In this document: piece after piece, positions 24,324 through 38,639 of the stretch
Numbering within the stretch: position 1 is the stretch's first letter
Layout: each line of letters starts with the position of its first letter
Origin: Euprymna scolopes
Taxonomy: Eukaryota
Assembly (NCBI GenBank): GCA_053919585.1
Contig: CM132798.1
DNA: 64,000 nt
Reading direction: 5' to 3' (one strand)
Notes under the pieces: generated by a model
Databases searched by the model: none
What the model saw: only the letters and a program-made list of their open reading frames with translations
What the model was told of the DNA's origin: nothing
Translations under genes and position numbers: made by a program

Positions 24324-25310
24324 TATATATAGTTTTAAATCATACACAAAATAAACAATATATCATAATAAACAATATATGTCAAACATAGGTTTTACAA
24401 TTATACACAAAATAAAAATATATTATAATAAACAATGTATGTCAAATAAAGGTTTTACAATTATAGACAAAATAAACAATACATTATAATACACAATATA
24501 TATCAAATATAGTTTTTACAATCGTATACACCATAAACAATATATAATAATAAACAGAACATGTCAAGTATAGGTCTTACAATTATACACAAAATAAACA
24601 ATATATCATAATAAACAATATATGTCAAATATAGTGTTTACAATTATACACGAAATAAATATATATCATAATAAAAGTACATGTCTAATGTAGATGCTAC
24701 AATTATACAAAATATAAAAATATATCATAATAAACAATATATGTCAAATATAGGTTTTACAATTATACACAAAATAAACAATATATCATAATAAACAAAA
24801 CATGTCAAGTATAGGTCTTACAATTATACACAAAATAAACAATATACCATAATAAACAATGCATATCAAATATAGTGTTTACAATTAAACACAAAATAAA
24901 CAATATATAATAATAAACAAAGCATGTCAAATATTGGTCTTACAATTAAACACAAATTAAACAATGTATCATAATAAACAATATATGTCAAATATAGTTT
25001 TTACAATTAAACACAAAATAAACAATATATAATAATAAACAATATATATTAAATATAGGTTTTACAATTATATACAAAATAAACAATATATTATAATAAA
25101 CAATATATATTACATATAGGTTTTACAATTGTATACAAAATAAACATTATATCTTAATAAACAATATGTATCAAATATAGTTTTTACAATTATACACAAA
25201 ATAAACAATATATCATAATAAACAAAACATGTCAAATATAGGTCTTACAATTAAACTCAAAATAAACAATATATCATAATAAAAAAAAATCCATGTCAAA
25301 TAGAGGTTTT
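24324..25310. repeat. About 61-bp minisatellite, right part (roughly 16 units)
   Basis: Same unit as 21968-22487. Confidence 0.95.
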
Positions 25311-26159
25311 AGAATTGTACAAAAAAGGTTAAAGACTGCTTGAATATTGTGCAGGCAGAAACGAATAAAACATTATACTCATTTTTGTCTTTCTGTTTCG
25401 CATAATATAACAAAAGAAAATTATATTGTAAAACGAAAATCTCCAGGGAAAATTTTATAAAAATCTTAATGAATAATGATATTTTGATCGCTATTAATTG
25501 AACTTTCCGCTTGTTTATTAACAAAATTACTCGCATGTTTTATAACGCAGATGTTTACTATGAATACAAGAAGCTTAACTTATGTTTGTGATTCACATGT
25601 CGAATGCTGTAACATTTATATTTCATTCATCTCAAGTTAGCCGTATGAATGGCAATTAATTACTCTGCCAATAAATTCATAAAGAGATGCCACGTATTTC
25701 GTGCATGATCCTAATGGATAAAATTGTTAATATCAAATGTACTCTTTATATTTTGTTATATTTATTACACAAATGTATATTTTTATGTAGTTTAAAATGA
25801 TAAANNNNNNNNNNNNNNNNNNNNNNNNNNNNNNNNNNNNNNNNNNNNNNNNNNNNNNNNNNNNNNNNNNNNNNNNNNNNNNNNNNNNNNNNNNNNNNNN
25901 NNNNNNNNNNNNNNNNNNNNNNNNNNNNNNNNNNTTAAAATACTCATTTTAAACTGTCGGTTTTTGTATTTTTAGCTTCCGAATTGTAATAGAACTTTTT
26001 ATAAACACAGAAAATATATTGAAACTAAGATGGGAACAATGGGAAAATAAAAAAAAATAATAATCTAACACAACGCGAACAGAACACTTAATAATTAGCA
26101 ACGCAAAGGTGTTCAGGACATTTACAAAATAATATCTAGTATTTTATAGCATAACCATT

Positions 26160-26508
26160 ATTGTTTATTACAGCTTGAAGACGTGTTGATTAATCTACAA
26201 ACATTTTACATGTGTCTCGTGTTATTTTATTGCATTCCTTCACACAAATTCTCTACAAATCTCGCAGATTGGAGGGTTCTTTTCTATGGATCCGTAATTT
26301 AAATTTCCTCCATAAATTTTCTATAGTGTTGAGATCGCGTGACTGACTAAGTCACTATAATACATTCACTTTATTTGAATTAAAACAACTTTGCGTGAGT
26401 TTCGCAGTGTGTTTCGGATCTGCATCATGGTGAAAAATCCAGTCTGATTTAAATTTGAGCAAATTCACATTTTTACTGTTGGAATGGTGTTTTTGACTGG
26501 TATTAAGC
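26160..26508 (-). mobile_element. Tc1-like transposase pseudogene, C-terminal part
   Basis: [35 protein letters not shown] (Tc1 QDNDPKH and SPDLNPIENLW motifs). Confidence 0.88.
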
Positions 26509-27941
26509 AGGGTAAACCGGGGTAATTCCACCCCAACTTTACGAAAAATTGTTGCCAAAGACAAAATGATAGTTTTTCCNNNNNNNNNNNNNNNNNNNNN
26601 NNNNNNNNNNNNNNNNNNNNNNNNNNNNNNNNNNNNNNNNNNNNNNNNNNNNNNNNNNNNNNNNNNNNNNNNNNNNNNNNNNNNNNNNNNNNNNNNNNNN
26701 NNNNNNNNNNNNNNNNNNNNNNNNTCAAAAAATTATTGAACTCATGGAACAGGGTCAGTGAAAAAACATGCTTTAAATCAATTTCAATATTTACGAGAAA
26801 AGGGGCAATTCCCTCCCCCCACATCTTTCTTCCATTCCCTTGGTCTCGTTTCAGCATCAGAAGTTTAAGTAATAACATAACTGCCCTATAGTGTCGTTAC
26901 AAAACCAACTAACATGAGTAAAGCAAACTCTACATTTCACAAAAGGTAGTCTTGCCCATTGTTTGACTGAAAAGTTTTCGAAGAGGTTTCTTGATCGGGT
27001 TGATGGAGTTTGTTCATCATTGTCGTCATCATCACCATGGGGTGAATGGTTTAACCAGCCCTCATCACTGTCCCCGATTTGTGAATCGTCATTAGTGATG
27101 GTAACATGTTCTTTCCATTTCTCTTTACTTTCTTATTTCCTGCTGAGGAAGTTTAATCTACATCGTTGTTGCCAACTCGGGCTGACCATTTTGGCTGCCA
27201 ATCTTCATCACTTTCAGTGTCACAATTGAACGCTAGCTCGGACCCGTCATCAGAAGATATTTCCAATCTTGATTTCTTCCCATTTCCTTTTCACTTTCCC
27301 TTTCCTTTTCACTTTCCTTGATCCTTTTCTCTTCCCTTCCCTCTCATTTCTTTCCCTCCCTCTTTTTAGCTGGCCCGAGTTTTGCTCTTTAAGGCTGCCT
27401 TTCTTCCTCTTCTTGTGCCATCCTCTGAATAAATTCGGCAGATGTCAGATTCTTCCCATATATCCTAGCAACTATTGTTGCTAGCATAATCCTTTAGGAC
27501 TTCACAGAATTGCTGTTGGGAAATTCCATCCCCCTAGAGGGTGGATTTCCCCTAAGGGGCATATATGATGAAACCCACCCATTGTATTTACTATACCTGA
27601 AATAGAAAGATTGAGTGTTTCAAAGTGAAGAAAAAAGGGTAACAAATTAGTATAAAATGTGTCAGATTAAGAAAGCAACATCTTGACTCTATGACCTCAT
27701 CATAAAAAGTGCGAAAGGCGGACTTACTTGATGGGTGAAAAAAGATGATCTTTTCAAGCTTGAAGCAGTCAAATCTCCCACCAACATTCCTTCTGGAAAG
27801 GAAATGCTATTCAACGGAAGCAACTCTATTAAATGGACGACTTAAGTAAGGAATGAAAATACACTCCTGATAACAGTTATTTGCCATTATATGAAAAGGG
27901 GGTTGAATTTCCCCGTCAGTGGAATTACGCCGGTTCACCCT
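26509..27941. mobile_element. TIR DNA transposon (non-autonomous, contains a gap) inserted into the Tc1 gene
   Basis: AGGGTAAACCGGGGTAATTCCAC (26509-26531) and inverted GTGGAATTACGCCGGTTCACCCT (27919-27941), 2 mismatches; Tc1 coding sequence is collinear across it. Confidence 0.85.
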
Positions 27942-28460
27942 ATTTTTTCCTCAAAACATTAGGAGTTTTTGGAGTGCAAAACAAGTCAATTTTGGTCCCA
28001 TCTGATCAAAGCACGCTATGCCAAAACTTTAGAAACTTTCCTGCATTCTCATTTGCAAAATGAAGCCTAGCATGAACACACTTTGGCTTAAGATGTGGCG
28101 TTTTTGTTGCTGATCTCGAGAAGATGTCTTAGAGGTGAAGGGTTCGAATGGTCGCGTCCTTGCTAGCTTTAATTTCACTGTTTTCTAATTCCTTATGCAG
28201 CCCTCATAGAGTAATCTAGGAAAATTCACAACCTTCCCTCTAAATAACCTTTCAGCACGTTTGATTATTTTTCGAGGACGATCTGATCGAGCCAAAGGAA
28301 GGGTTGATTTGTGAGACTTCCAGTGCCGAATTATTGTTCCAACAGAATTCAATGGACCGATCAAGTGATTGGATATAATTCTATATCACAATCGACTTTG
28401 ACTTACAACTCGTTTTCTGAGCTCTCAACCAATCTGTTTATTCTTTCCCTTGATGTGGTT
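27942..28460 (-). mobile_element. Tc1-like transposase pseudogene, N-terminal part
   Basis: SVGTIIRHWK..LARSDRPRKI (GRPR-like), KTPHLKPKCVHARLHFA, FWHSVL*SDGTKIDLF (WSDETK). Confidence 0.88.
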
Positions 28461-29156
28461 ACCTACAATACGGTTATTAAATAAAGAATGACACCATACT
28501 TTTACTAATAACTTACTTCGATCTTTATTTGTTGTGGGGCTCATTTGGCTCCACAGGAACGAGGCGAGAAAACATGTAGTAGGTGGTTTACAAGTGTATT
28601 AAAAAAATTACAAAGATATAGAGAAAGATAAAGAGAATAGTAGTATTTGCAGGTATCAGTAACATTTCGCTCCCCGAGGTATAATTATCGTTGAGATCTC
28701 GCTCCAGCGTACCGGCCTAACAACACTATTGCATATTGCAGAACATTCTAGAAGCTTTTAAGCATTTTACCATGATAAACCGTCATGAAATCATTAGGAA
28801 ATCTAATGAATTTTATATGTTTTGCAAACTTTTGTGATGCTAATTATTGAGTTTTCTCTTCGCGTGTGGTAAATTGTTATTTTTAAAATTTTTCCTATCT
28901 TAGTTTCAATACATTTTCTATGTTTATATAAAGTCTCATTACCAGTTCGAAGCTAGAAATAAACAACTGACAGTTTCAAATGTGTATTGTAAATTGTTGC
29001 GGGGCACTTTATATAAATTTAAAAATGTAAACCTCATATAGGTTACATAATTTGACTAGAAATATATTTTAGTTTAATTTTTAAGAATTACAAAATGTTT
29101 TAATAAGGAATAATACATATTAGACCATTGCAATTTTCAAAGTTAAAATAGAAGAA

Positions 29157-32100
29157 TGCAAACGCCCCACCGGTGAGTAATGGTATTACTCCCCTCACTT
29201 TGCCTGTAATTTATGTGAATACATCTTTCGTTCCTAAAAATACTGTTCCTTTGTTCTTATTACCATTTAATTCCATAACAACTGGCGGCGAGGATTCAAC
29301 TTTCACACGGGTTAACTCCACAAAAAAAAAGAAAAAATAGCTAATTGACTTCAAAGAACGTCGGATTTACAAGCTAAGATATTCGCTGACAATTACGTTC
29401 TAAAAACATTAAAAAAATGAAAACGAACACAAGGCAAAGTTATCGACGAAATTTTAATTACTCTTTTTGTCTTTATATTTAAATTGGAAAGAACTGTACA
29501 AAACGCATTTTGTAATGTTTACAAATGAAGAAGGAAAAGAAAATAAAGATAAAAATGTTGACCCAATTTTCACCGCGAAAACAATCCTGTCGTAAATGTC
29601 GACTGTTTATCCGCATACAAATTTGAACATTTGTCAAAGGAAGTGAAAAGTCTTTTTTCTACTTTGTTTTGCTGTTAATTTATTCAATATTTTAACGAGA
29701 GAGAAATGTTTCTTTTTCTTCTTTTCGTTTTATTTGGACAAAAAGAAATACGTTTTTTCATTGAGTGAAATTTTATGAAATATACTATTTGTTACTGTCG
29801 GTCCTAAAGTGAAAAACTTTTTTTCTGTCGTGTGGCTAGCCCCTCCAACACACATAAAAACAGCCATGTTGGTTAAATTCGATATAATTCCACAATTATT
29901 TTCATTCTTTTGCAACTGTAGTGTACCACAGTACATTTTCTCTTGTTTTTGCTTCACAAGTTAATTTTTTTGTACACCCTCATATTAGGTTATCTAGGAA
30001 GTTTTTACCAACAAGTAAGAGACACATTGCTCCCTCCTTTATACGTATACACTCAAAGAAAGCACATTTTATTTTTTTTATTATTTTATCTCTTTTCCCC
30101 AGTCAAAAACGGAAATAAATTTTTCTTCGTGGGTTTGGAAAAGCCAATAAAGTTGAAGTACGTTAAACCAGTATTAATAAAGCTAATAAAGTCTCAGATG
30201 GCCGCGCAACAGAAAGCTGAGCAACATTTAACGGGATAAACAGCTTCAGTTACAATTTCAAGAAAGGGAACAAACGTTGTGAGGAGAGAATGTTACTTCA
30301 ACAACAGAGGCAAGGGGGGCTATTGTTTAAAATAGTTGATAGAGCGGAACACAGGGACAACAGTTTTGCTTTTTCTCCAAGTACAATATATATGGAACGC
30401 TACAGAAACGTAAAAGTACCAATCAAAGTTGGGAAGGGACGTTTTACGCTTTCTATCGGATATATAAGGACGTATTCACCGTAGATTGTAAAGAGTGGAG
30501 CAACGCTAAGAAACTTCACCTACTTTTGAGGAAATTAAGGACCACAGAACATAGCAAGTTATAGGGTTGTATTCTCCCCAGGGAGATGAGTGAATTGGAA
30601 TTTTCTGAAGCGGTCAAACTTTTCTGTGAACTGTTCAGTCCGAATTCTACGCTTTTTCATAGAAGATGGAAGTGCTTGAACCTGCAAAAAAGTGACGACG
30701 ACGATTACCTAACCTACGCGTACGTGGTAAATAAACACTGCGATGATTTCCATCTATCTGACTTATCGGCAGAGGACTTCAAGTGTTTAATTTTTACGCA
30801 GGGTCTAGTCTCATATAAAAATGCTGAGATTAGACAATGTGTTTTCTCTAGACTTGAGGGCGAATTGGGCCTCACCCTCCAGTAGTTGGCCGAGGATTGT
30901 CAACGGGTAGTCTGAGTAAGGAAGAACTCGAGACACGTCGAGGATTCAGGTGTAACAGTCATTAGAAGGACGACCTTCAGACCAGAAAAATACTCACCCC
31001 GAAAAAGCAAAGCTGGATGTAAGAAAATTCAGGCTACAACCAATAAGTACCATCCAATCACACGACCCAGATCCCCTACAAGCCCGTGCTATCGCTGCGG
31101 TGGAAAACATTGGTCGAGTTAATGTTTTTACAAATATAAGTACTGCCACGAATGTGAGAAGAAGGGCCACAAAACAACCCAATGCAGGGAGAACAAGGTC
31201 AAAAACAGCGTCTGAAGGACTAGATTCGACTTGGATTCGAATAAGAACCGGCGCAATATGTCAAAGCTAACATCGCAAATAAAACTTTGCATCTACAATT
31301 GGATTTCTGATCATATCTGCCCATCATTAACCTTAAGACATGGAAACGCCTAGGGGAACCAACCATGCTGAAGACGAACAAATCAGCTTAATCTATGACA
31401 TGCGATAAAGTTGAATTTGAGGGAGAGCTCACACTCTTGGTGATCGTAAATGATGTTACTAAAAAGTGAAAGTGTATGTACATAGGACATCCGAAAACAT
31501 GTTCGGTACTGATTTGATGGAGCGATTCGAATTGTAGGACAAACCTATGAATAAATTCTATAATAGCGTTGATGAATCGTCTACGGAAGCGCAACAACTA
31601 AAGAACGAGTTAAAAGTGGAATTACCGGAAGCATTCTAACTTGGACTAGGAAAATGTACAAAGGCTATAGCAAGATTCGAACTAAAATTTAAAAAAAACA
31701 CTGCTCGTTTTCAAGGAGAAACGAAACGTCCTATTTGCAGCAACAGAGAAATCAAAAAAGAAAGCTTCAACAGAATTTGCCAGAGGAGGCATAAAAAACT
31801 GAAACTACAAAGCCGGAAGCTAAAAATAAAACCCGCCCCCAAAAATTCCCCAGACCAAAGCAACAATTTTTACACGTGTATAGGATTACACCCGACCAGA
31901 ACACAGCAACAACAGTCTCACCTGCAGAAACTGTTTGCGCGGAAAGTTAGATCCGTTTTTGACAAGGTCTTACCCAAACAGTCAAATCCAATATTGACCA
32001 CTTATGTACTCAGTAAACGTCTCATACCAGGTGAAAGAGTGTTTTTGAAAAGTTATAAAAACAACGCCTCATTCTGGGAGGTGGTTACAATTACTAAGAT

Positions 32101-32620
32101 AATCTGTGACATGGTATATATCATCCAAGGACCAACATATACCCACAAACGTCACCAGAACCAACTAAGAAGATGTCGATCAGTTGAAACCAGACGACAG
32201 CTCACCATTGGAAGATGAACCGATGAATAATGTCTTCGAAATTTTTTATCTTGAACCTTCTCAACCAACACCTGGACTACGGGGGTTGTTCCGTAAGAGA
32301 AAGTTTTCCGAGATATTGATGGTAAACCATAAAAGGAAGATTTACGAACAAAGAGCTTGGGAGGGGGTGTTGCAGACGCCCTTCCATGGGATAAAAGGAC
32401 TATCTCTTGACATCACTTCCTCTGGTGACGTAACTTCCGGCATCGAGTACAGGTGCCGGCAGTCTGAAATTGGCACTCGACTAAGCCGGTCGGGTGCAAA
32501 CGCCCCATCGTTGAGTAATGGTATTACTCCACTCACTTTTCATGTAATTCATGTGAATACATGTTTCGTTCTTAAAAATCATGTGTTCCTTTTTTCTTAT
32601 TACCATTTAACCCCATACTA
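29157..32620 (+). mobile_element. Old Gypsy LTR retrotransposon with internal deletion of RT/RNase H/integrase core
   Basis: Partial 5' LTR 29157-29280 ending ACA, PBS-like TGGCGGCGAGG 29283-29293; gag pieces (ORF 30586..30885, CYRCGGKH..C and CHECEKKGH..C), protease remnant, integrase C-terminus (ORF 31994..32218); PPT GGGAGGGGG then 3' LTR TGTTGC about 32367-32620. Confidence 0.88.
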
Positions 32621-33329
32621 CCTCCATTAAAATATTCCTAGTAAGAGATATTATTTTCTTTTAATTAAACCAAATTAAATCTTGTGTTGTTCATAGCATT
32701 GGCGTATAATGAAATCCCTGCATCATGACTGTTGTTACGTTAGGCAGTTTCCTAAATCTGTTTTAGACTGTTGTTCCTATTAGATCGGCCTTTTATATAT
32801 CATCGTGTAATCCTGTTTCGACAAAAAATGTACTTGGGAATACAAAGTTGTCGGGCTTATCTATAGCAGTGATGTTCGCCAGACAAGCAGACTTATTGTG
32901 TTCAGGGCACGGACGGCGAAACGAATTCAAGACAAAACTTTGTTTAGTAAATTGCCCACAGACCAGTGCATAATTTTATAGATCGTCTTAATGTAAAAAA
33001 AAGTATGTGTAGGTTTAAAATATGTTCAAATTTTTCTGTCAAGCAGGCTATAAATTCTTCACTAATTTTAAAAACAGGAGAGACATGGCATCTTCACAAA
33101 AGAAGTTTGGCCTTGGGTGATGGATCCATAAATAATGGTATCCGCAGTGAAGTTATTCTACGTGTTATTTGTTTTATATAATGTTCATATCTTTATATTT
33201 GTTCTTTATATGTTTTTGTATGTGTTTATAATTGGCTTTTAATTAATATTTTATTTTTGGCTCTTAAGTTGATATGTGCCGCGGATGCTCTTTTTTCTTT
33301 GCCTGATTAGATATTTTATTTCTTGTCTA

Positions 33330-33600
33330 TTTTCGTCTATCAGATCGATGTTGGAAGTTCTAGTGAATAATTAATCGGCATAAACGAATGCATATTTGGC
33401 TATGAAGTTCACATTGTGTAAAACAGATGCGCTACATAAAGCAATTCATATGCATTACCATTATTGCGAGTAACAATTCAAGATGCATAATATGATGAAT
33501 TTGACAAGATTCGTTCTGACGTTAAGACTAAAAAGGAACAAATAATCTTTCTTCTTGGTGATCGTAATGCGAGAATTGGTAGTGATTCTGGAGTTGACAA
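33330..33600 (+). mobile_element. RTE-like AP endonuclease remnant
   Basis: YDEFDKI..IIFLLGDRNARIGSD resembles the GDFNARIG motif. Confidence 0.6.
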
Positions 33601-36182
33601 GGAAAACATAAACAAATACAGCATCGATAAAATAAAGTTTAATCGGACGTGTTTACTGTAAAAACGTGCTAATTTAACGTCTCGTGTGACGACCTGTCCT
33701 CTCACGATTAATATATCACAATAGTAGGCCGCTGTCGCAACGAAGTTACAAATTTAGTTCTAGTTAGTTAGTACCCCTACCGGAATTCTGCGACACAGTC
33801 GTTCTCATTAAAATAAGGTTGATATTACGTCAGTCACAGCAGTGTATGATCTATACTATTTTCCTTTCTCTGCTTGAAAATTAGAATTATCTAACATGAT
33901 TGTTCTTCTTTTGAGTTTGCTGCTCAGCATTAATAATAATAACGCCGGTTGTATTTTCATATAATTAATTATTCACAAAGGAGAAACATACAAATATTAT
34001 GTACTGTTGTTCACGGGAGCATCAAAATAATAAGGAATAAAATGCCGTTTGCAAGTTTTCTCTTTCTGTGTGTTACACAGTCGACGAACGGGCCTTAGTC
34101 AGTTTCTCTTCAATAACCGATTCTCGCTTCTAATCGATTAATTGACGAGTGCTTATCATACGGCGGGGTGGGGAGCGGTTGTCAGTTTTCACGGATTTAC
34201 TCAATCACGATAATCTGCAAAAACTGATTTTTACTTGCTCTGCACGAGCTTATGTATGGCAGGTTAGGGTGAGTGGTACTGCGCCACAGCGTCCAAGCCA
34301 ACTAATCCCCGTCCAATTTGACACATTTTAATTTTCTTGATTGGATAATCAAAACACTTCCCCCCCACATCCAGATTAGGTAACATTCCACCAACGTTAT
34401 CGATAATCGTCTTACGTACTCGGGAAACTTTAGTTACCCCTGAGTCATCTCCAGACCCGAAAATCCGCTAATATCTCCAAATAATCAAGTTTCATAGCAA
34501 TATTGTTTCATAATGTCGACATTATTTTTATTTTTACAAAGGAAATGCATTTTACATGCCTTGCCATACGACATCCCCGTTTCAACTGGCAGGGTGATCC
34601 AGTGTTTTCCGCGTCTGCCATTAAAGTACAAAGAGCTCAAATTCCTCTTTCCCTGGCTCCTTCGTAGGGCAATTTTCAACCATAGAACCTATTTTTCTCT
34701 GTGTAATCCTTTTCATTATTAATCTCTTCTTACCGTTGCTGGTTGGGTCACATTAAGTACAACTTCATTATCGTAAAAAAGCTTTTATTTTTAGAAATTG
34801 CGAGGAATGCAAACCCATTTAGCAACACCAGCTTTCAAAGTAGACAAATTATACCTTTTATCAGCGTTCGCGAACAAAGACAGGAAATATTTTTAATGAC
34901 AAATGCTGGAAAAATAATCGTCGATTATTTAATATCACTGGACTACAAAAAAACAATTTTCATGGTGCCCAAGATAATTAACTTTTTGTACCTAATTTAA
35001 GGGGGCTGATTTAAGAAATCCTGCAACTTGTTTCTATTAGATAATACAAAACAGGCGAGATGGCCGTGCCCCAAAATTTACGCGATGCTCATATTTGCAG
35101 CCAGTTGATGAAGACTTATGTGTTATATTTCAAGTAGCCTGTTTTCGTTGGGCGCTTTTATTTTTACCAAAGAATAATTGTACTACATTTGTAAACGCGG
35201 TCCAGACACTCAATTTCCGGGTGCATACAATTAGAAATTTGTTTCTTTCATTAAGTTTCGAATCTAGAGTTCATAAAAATATCTAGCTTTTAGTTTTCTT
35301 ATGGTTAGCTCTGGAAATTCCATGCAGCTATATTTGAAAGAAGTGCTATAATTCTCAAGAGATTTCACAAATTGTTTTATGATTCCAAGCGTTATGTGAA
35401 GAGGAGGAAACACAATTTTGAAAAGCTCAACCTAAGGCGGAACAAAAACACCGAAAGAGCCAGGAATCAGTTCACTGCTCACAGGCGAATTTTCTTTTAT
35501 CGAGTGTTTTGTTCTTACCTTGCTATGCTACAAACACAAGAAGCAAGGGAATTTAGGGTAGTCACCTTGTAGCCCGAGGAGAAAGTCATAAAATCTATAC
35601 TAAAAAGTAAGGAATCTGAAAGCAAGTACGTAATGTACAGGTACTGTTTATTTAAAAGTAAAAGTTAATACTGAAAGGGAATAAGTGACAGATATGAGAA
35701 AGCAAAAATAATAACTAAACTGTAGGAAAAGTAAGTAGTTAAAGAAATCAAAAGTTCGTAAAGAAATTGAACATAAAATATCAAGTTGTATAACAAAGTA
35801 AACAAACACATTGTCCAGAAGAAGAAATAAGTAAAACATACCATTGATGCCGGAAATAAGAGCAGAAAAAGAAGAAAGAAGCCTGGTGTGTCGCCAGTGG
35901 TTGTAAAAAAATGAACAAAACAAGATCACAAAGGAAATTAGAAAAAAAAGTAACTTTTTAGTTATGGGTGACGTAAAGGAAGATAATGGGCCAATCAGAA
36001 CACCCAATATATAGGTAAAAATATATAAAATAGCAAATACCTCAAGAAATTTACCTGATGAGAACAGAATAATATAATTTTCGGAATCAGTACCCCAAAA
36101 TTAGTCTAAATCAGCTTAGAAACCTTGGGCGCCAAAATTTGTTTGCCAGTGTAATGTAAGTTAAAATGAAGCATAGATTAAA

Positions 36183-36258
<76 letters not shown>

Positions 36259-36371
36259 AAGCTTAAATTAAGAGTCGATCTGCTGAGATAAGCTACTACA
36301 CGTCTTCAGCAATGACGGTTTATATTCATTTCAAATTACCTAGACAACACGGCTAAAGAACATTGGAACAT

Positions 36372-38209
36372 TTATTTTATTTCATTTTATTTCATTTTAT
36401 TTCATTTTCATTTTATTTTATTTCATTTTCATCCCAAACACGGCACATTGCCACTTTGAAGTAGGGGGCTACTATCAGAGACATGAGCTACTGGGGTACT
36501 ATGTAGGGAGTTGGGCAGCAAGATGCCATTTCACGTTACACTTGAACTTCTGCATGTCAGTACAGTTGGGAAGCAGGGACTCAGAGGGAATTCCAAATCT
36601 AGCGGTTCTGAGGAAGAAACTACTAAAGTAAAAATCTCTCTATCATCTACAGATATTTACTGTGTAGGAGAGGGATTTAGCTGCTTGTCAGGTGTGTCGA
36701 GGGTATTTACGTATTGGGGGCACAAGTGCCTGGAGTTCGTCAGATAATTCACCATTAAAAAAGTAGTAGAACAGGCAGAGAGATGGAACATTTCGTCGGT
36801 AGGATAGAGGCTTGAGCTTAGATGACAGTTTAGGACTTATCAGATTGGCAACACTCTTTTGAACCTTGTCTAGGAGGGAGAGACTAGTGGCAGATGCACC
36901 AGCCCAAATATGACAACAATACTCCATACATGGGCGAATGGTGGCCCCATAGAGGTGCAGGATACTTTCGGGCGTTAGTAGCTTTCTAGCACGGTAGAGA
37001 GAGCCTACCTTCTCCGCGGTGGTTCTGGCAATGATCTCAATGTAATTGTTCCAACTCATCTTTCCTGTGAACGTTAGGGCGGAGAGTTTAAAAAAATACT
37101 TCCAGATAATGAATCTTTGGCCATTACTATTAGTGGTAGAGAAGGTTTCTTGTAATTATTGAAGGAAACAAATTCAGTCTTGGCAACATTGAATGTGACC
37201 ATCCATTTTTCCCATTTCACAACAGATCAAAGGTCATCCTCTAGTGTTTCTGCCATTTCCTTAGATATGTGTTCTTTTTGTTTTCCTGTCGTGTCTGTTA
37301 TAGAGCGTGGTGTCATCAGTATGATACCCGTCTCAGAGGCTATTTTATCAGGAAGATCATAGTTGACTATCAGGAATAATAAAGGCGCAAGGATAGACCC
37401 CTGAGGCACCCCGAATTATATCAGCTCTTTATATGTACGACAGTCGAGGACAACCTGGAGTTTTCTCTTATATAAGAAGGATTTAATTATGTTAAGTATT
37501 CGTCCAGTAATAACGTGTGATTTGATTTTCCTGGGAAGGCCATCGTGTCATACCCGGTCAAAAGCCTTAGATATATCTAGAGCTATCGCTCTACCCTCCC
37601 TTGCTTTGTCCAGTGAATGGTATATACTTCAGAACTTGCAGTTAGGATATCGGCTGTGGAACGGGCTTGCCTAAATCCATATTGTTGGTCGGTTAGAAGT
37701 TTAGCATCTGTAAGATGATGAACTAGAACTCTGTTAATTATGGACTCAAAGATTTTGTCGAAAAGGGGGAGGAGGCTAATGGGGCGATAATTTACTGGGT
37801 CAGTTTTTTCGCCAGAATTCATGAAAACTGGTAGTACAGGATCAGTTCTCCAGCAGTCCGAAAAGCAAGATTCATTAAGGCATTTGTTGTAAAGTTTCGA
37901 AAGAACTGGAGCTACTTCGGCTGAGCACTTTTTTAATAGCACAGTCGGGATGAGGTCAGGTCCGCATGCTTTTGAAGTGCCAAGACTTTTTTATGATAAC
38001 ATGCACCTGAGAAGGAGTGATTTTCAGATCATCTAGTGTAGCATCTATCCGCAAAGGAAAGTCAGGGAGGGGTGGTTAGCAGGGTCCAGTGTGGAGTTGG
38101 AGGCAAACCGACTACCAAGCATGTTAGCTTTCTGGGTGTCTGTGCAAACAACCTCATGATTGTTGGATAGTGGGGAAATTGTTAATTACCCATTATTTAC
38201 TACACTGTT
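36372..38209 (-). mobile_element. 5'-truncated degraded LINE family A with tandem (ATGAAATAAA)n-like tail
   Basis: ORFs 37583..37942, 37227..37409 and 36688..37059 carry RT motifs; tail 36372-36430. Confidence 0.92.
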
Positions 38210-38639
38210 ATCCACCTTATTTAGGTTTGGAAAAAGTCGATTTCTAAAGAAATATAAGAATTAACACTCATTTGAAGACAACTATAAAATTCGTTACTTT
38301 TCTAAACCAGATATTATTAAGAGAAAGTTTCTAATTATTTAGCCGAGGTTATTATTGTGAATGTAATCCGTGATATTGTGATGTATGATACGAGCGGAGG
38401 AGGTCGCCTGGCCTTGGACGGTCGTAAAATGCGCTTGAATATAATATTTTAATTTTTCCAGATATTGTATATATTATTATAGACTCGTAGATTCAAAAGT
38501 AAAAAAAATCTATTTGGCTGCAATCATCGAGAACCGAAACCGAAAAAACATTATAGCATTCAAAGCTGGTGACGTTATCACTGGCATGCATATGCACTCA
38601 GTAAAAATAGGCTAAGCTGAATACAAAAATGTTTATTTT

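Noticed and set aside
21968-25310. Regular repeat array next to an RT ORF as a CRISPR, retron or DGR-like system
   Set aside because: Units are contiguous with no unique spacers, no cas genes are present, and the RT is an ordinary LINE inserted into the array.
36054-36090. CTGATGAGAA...TTCGGAATC hammerhead-like string
   Set aside because: GAAA box and stems I/III are missing.
33640-36130. Possible host promoter or LINE ORF1 remnant
   Set aside because: Only weak compositional hints; no motif set I can support without a database search.
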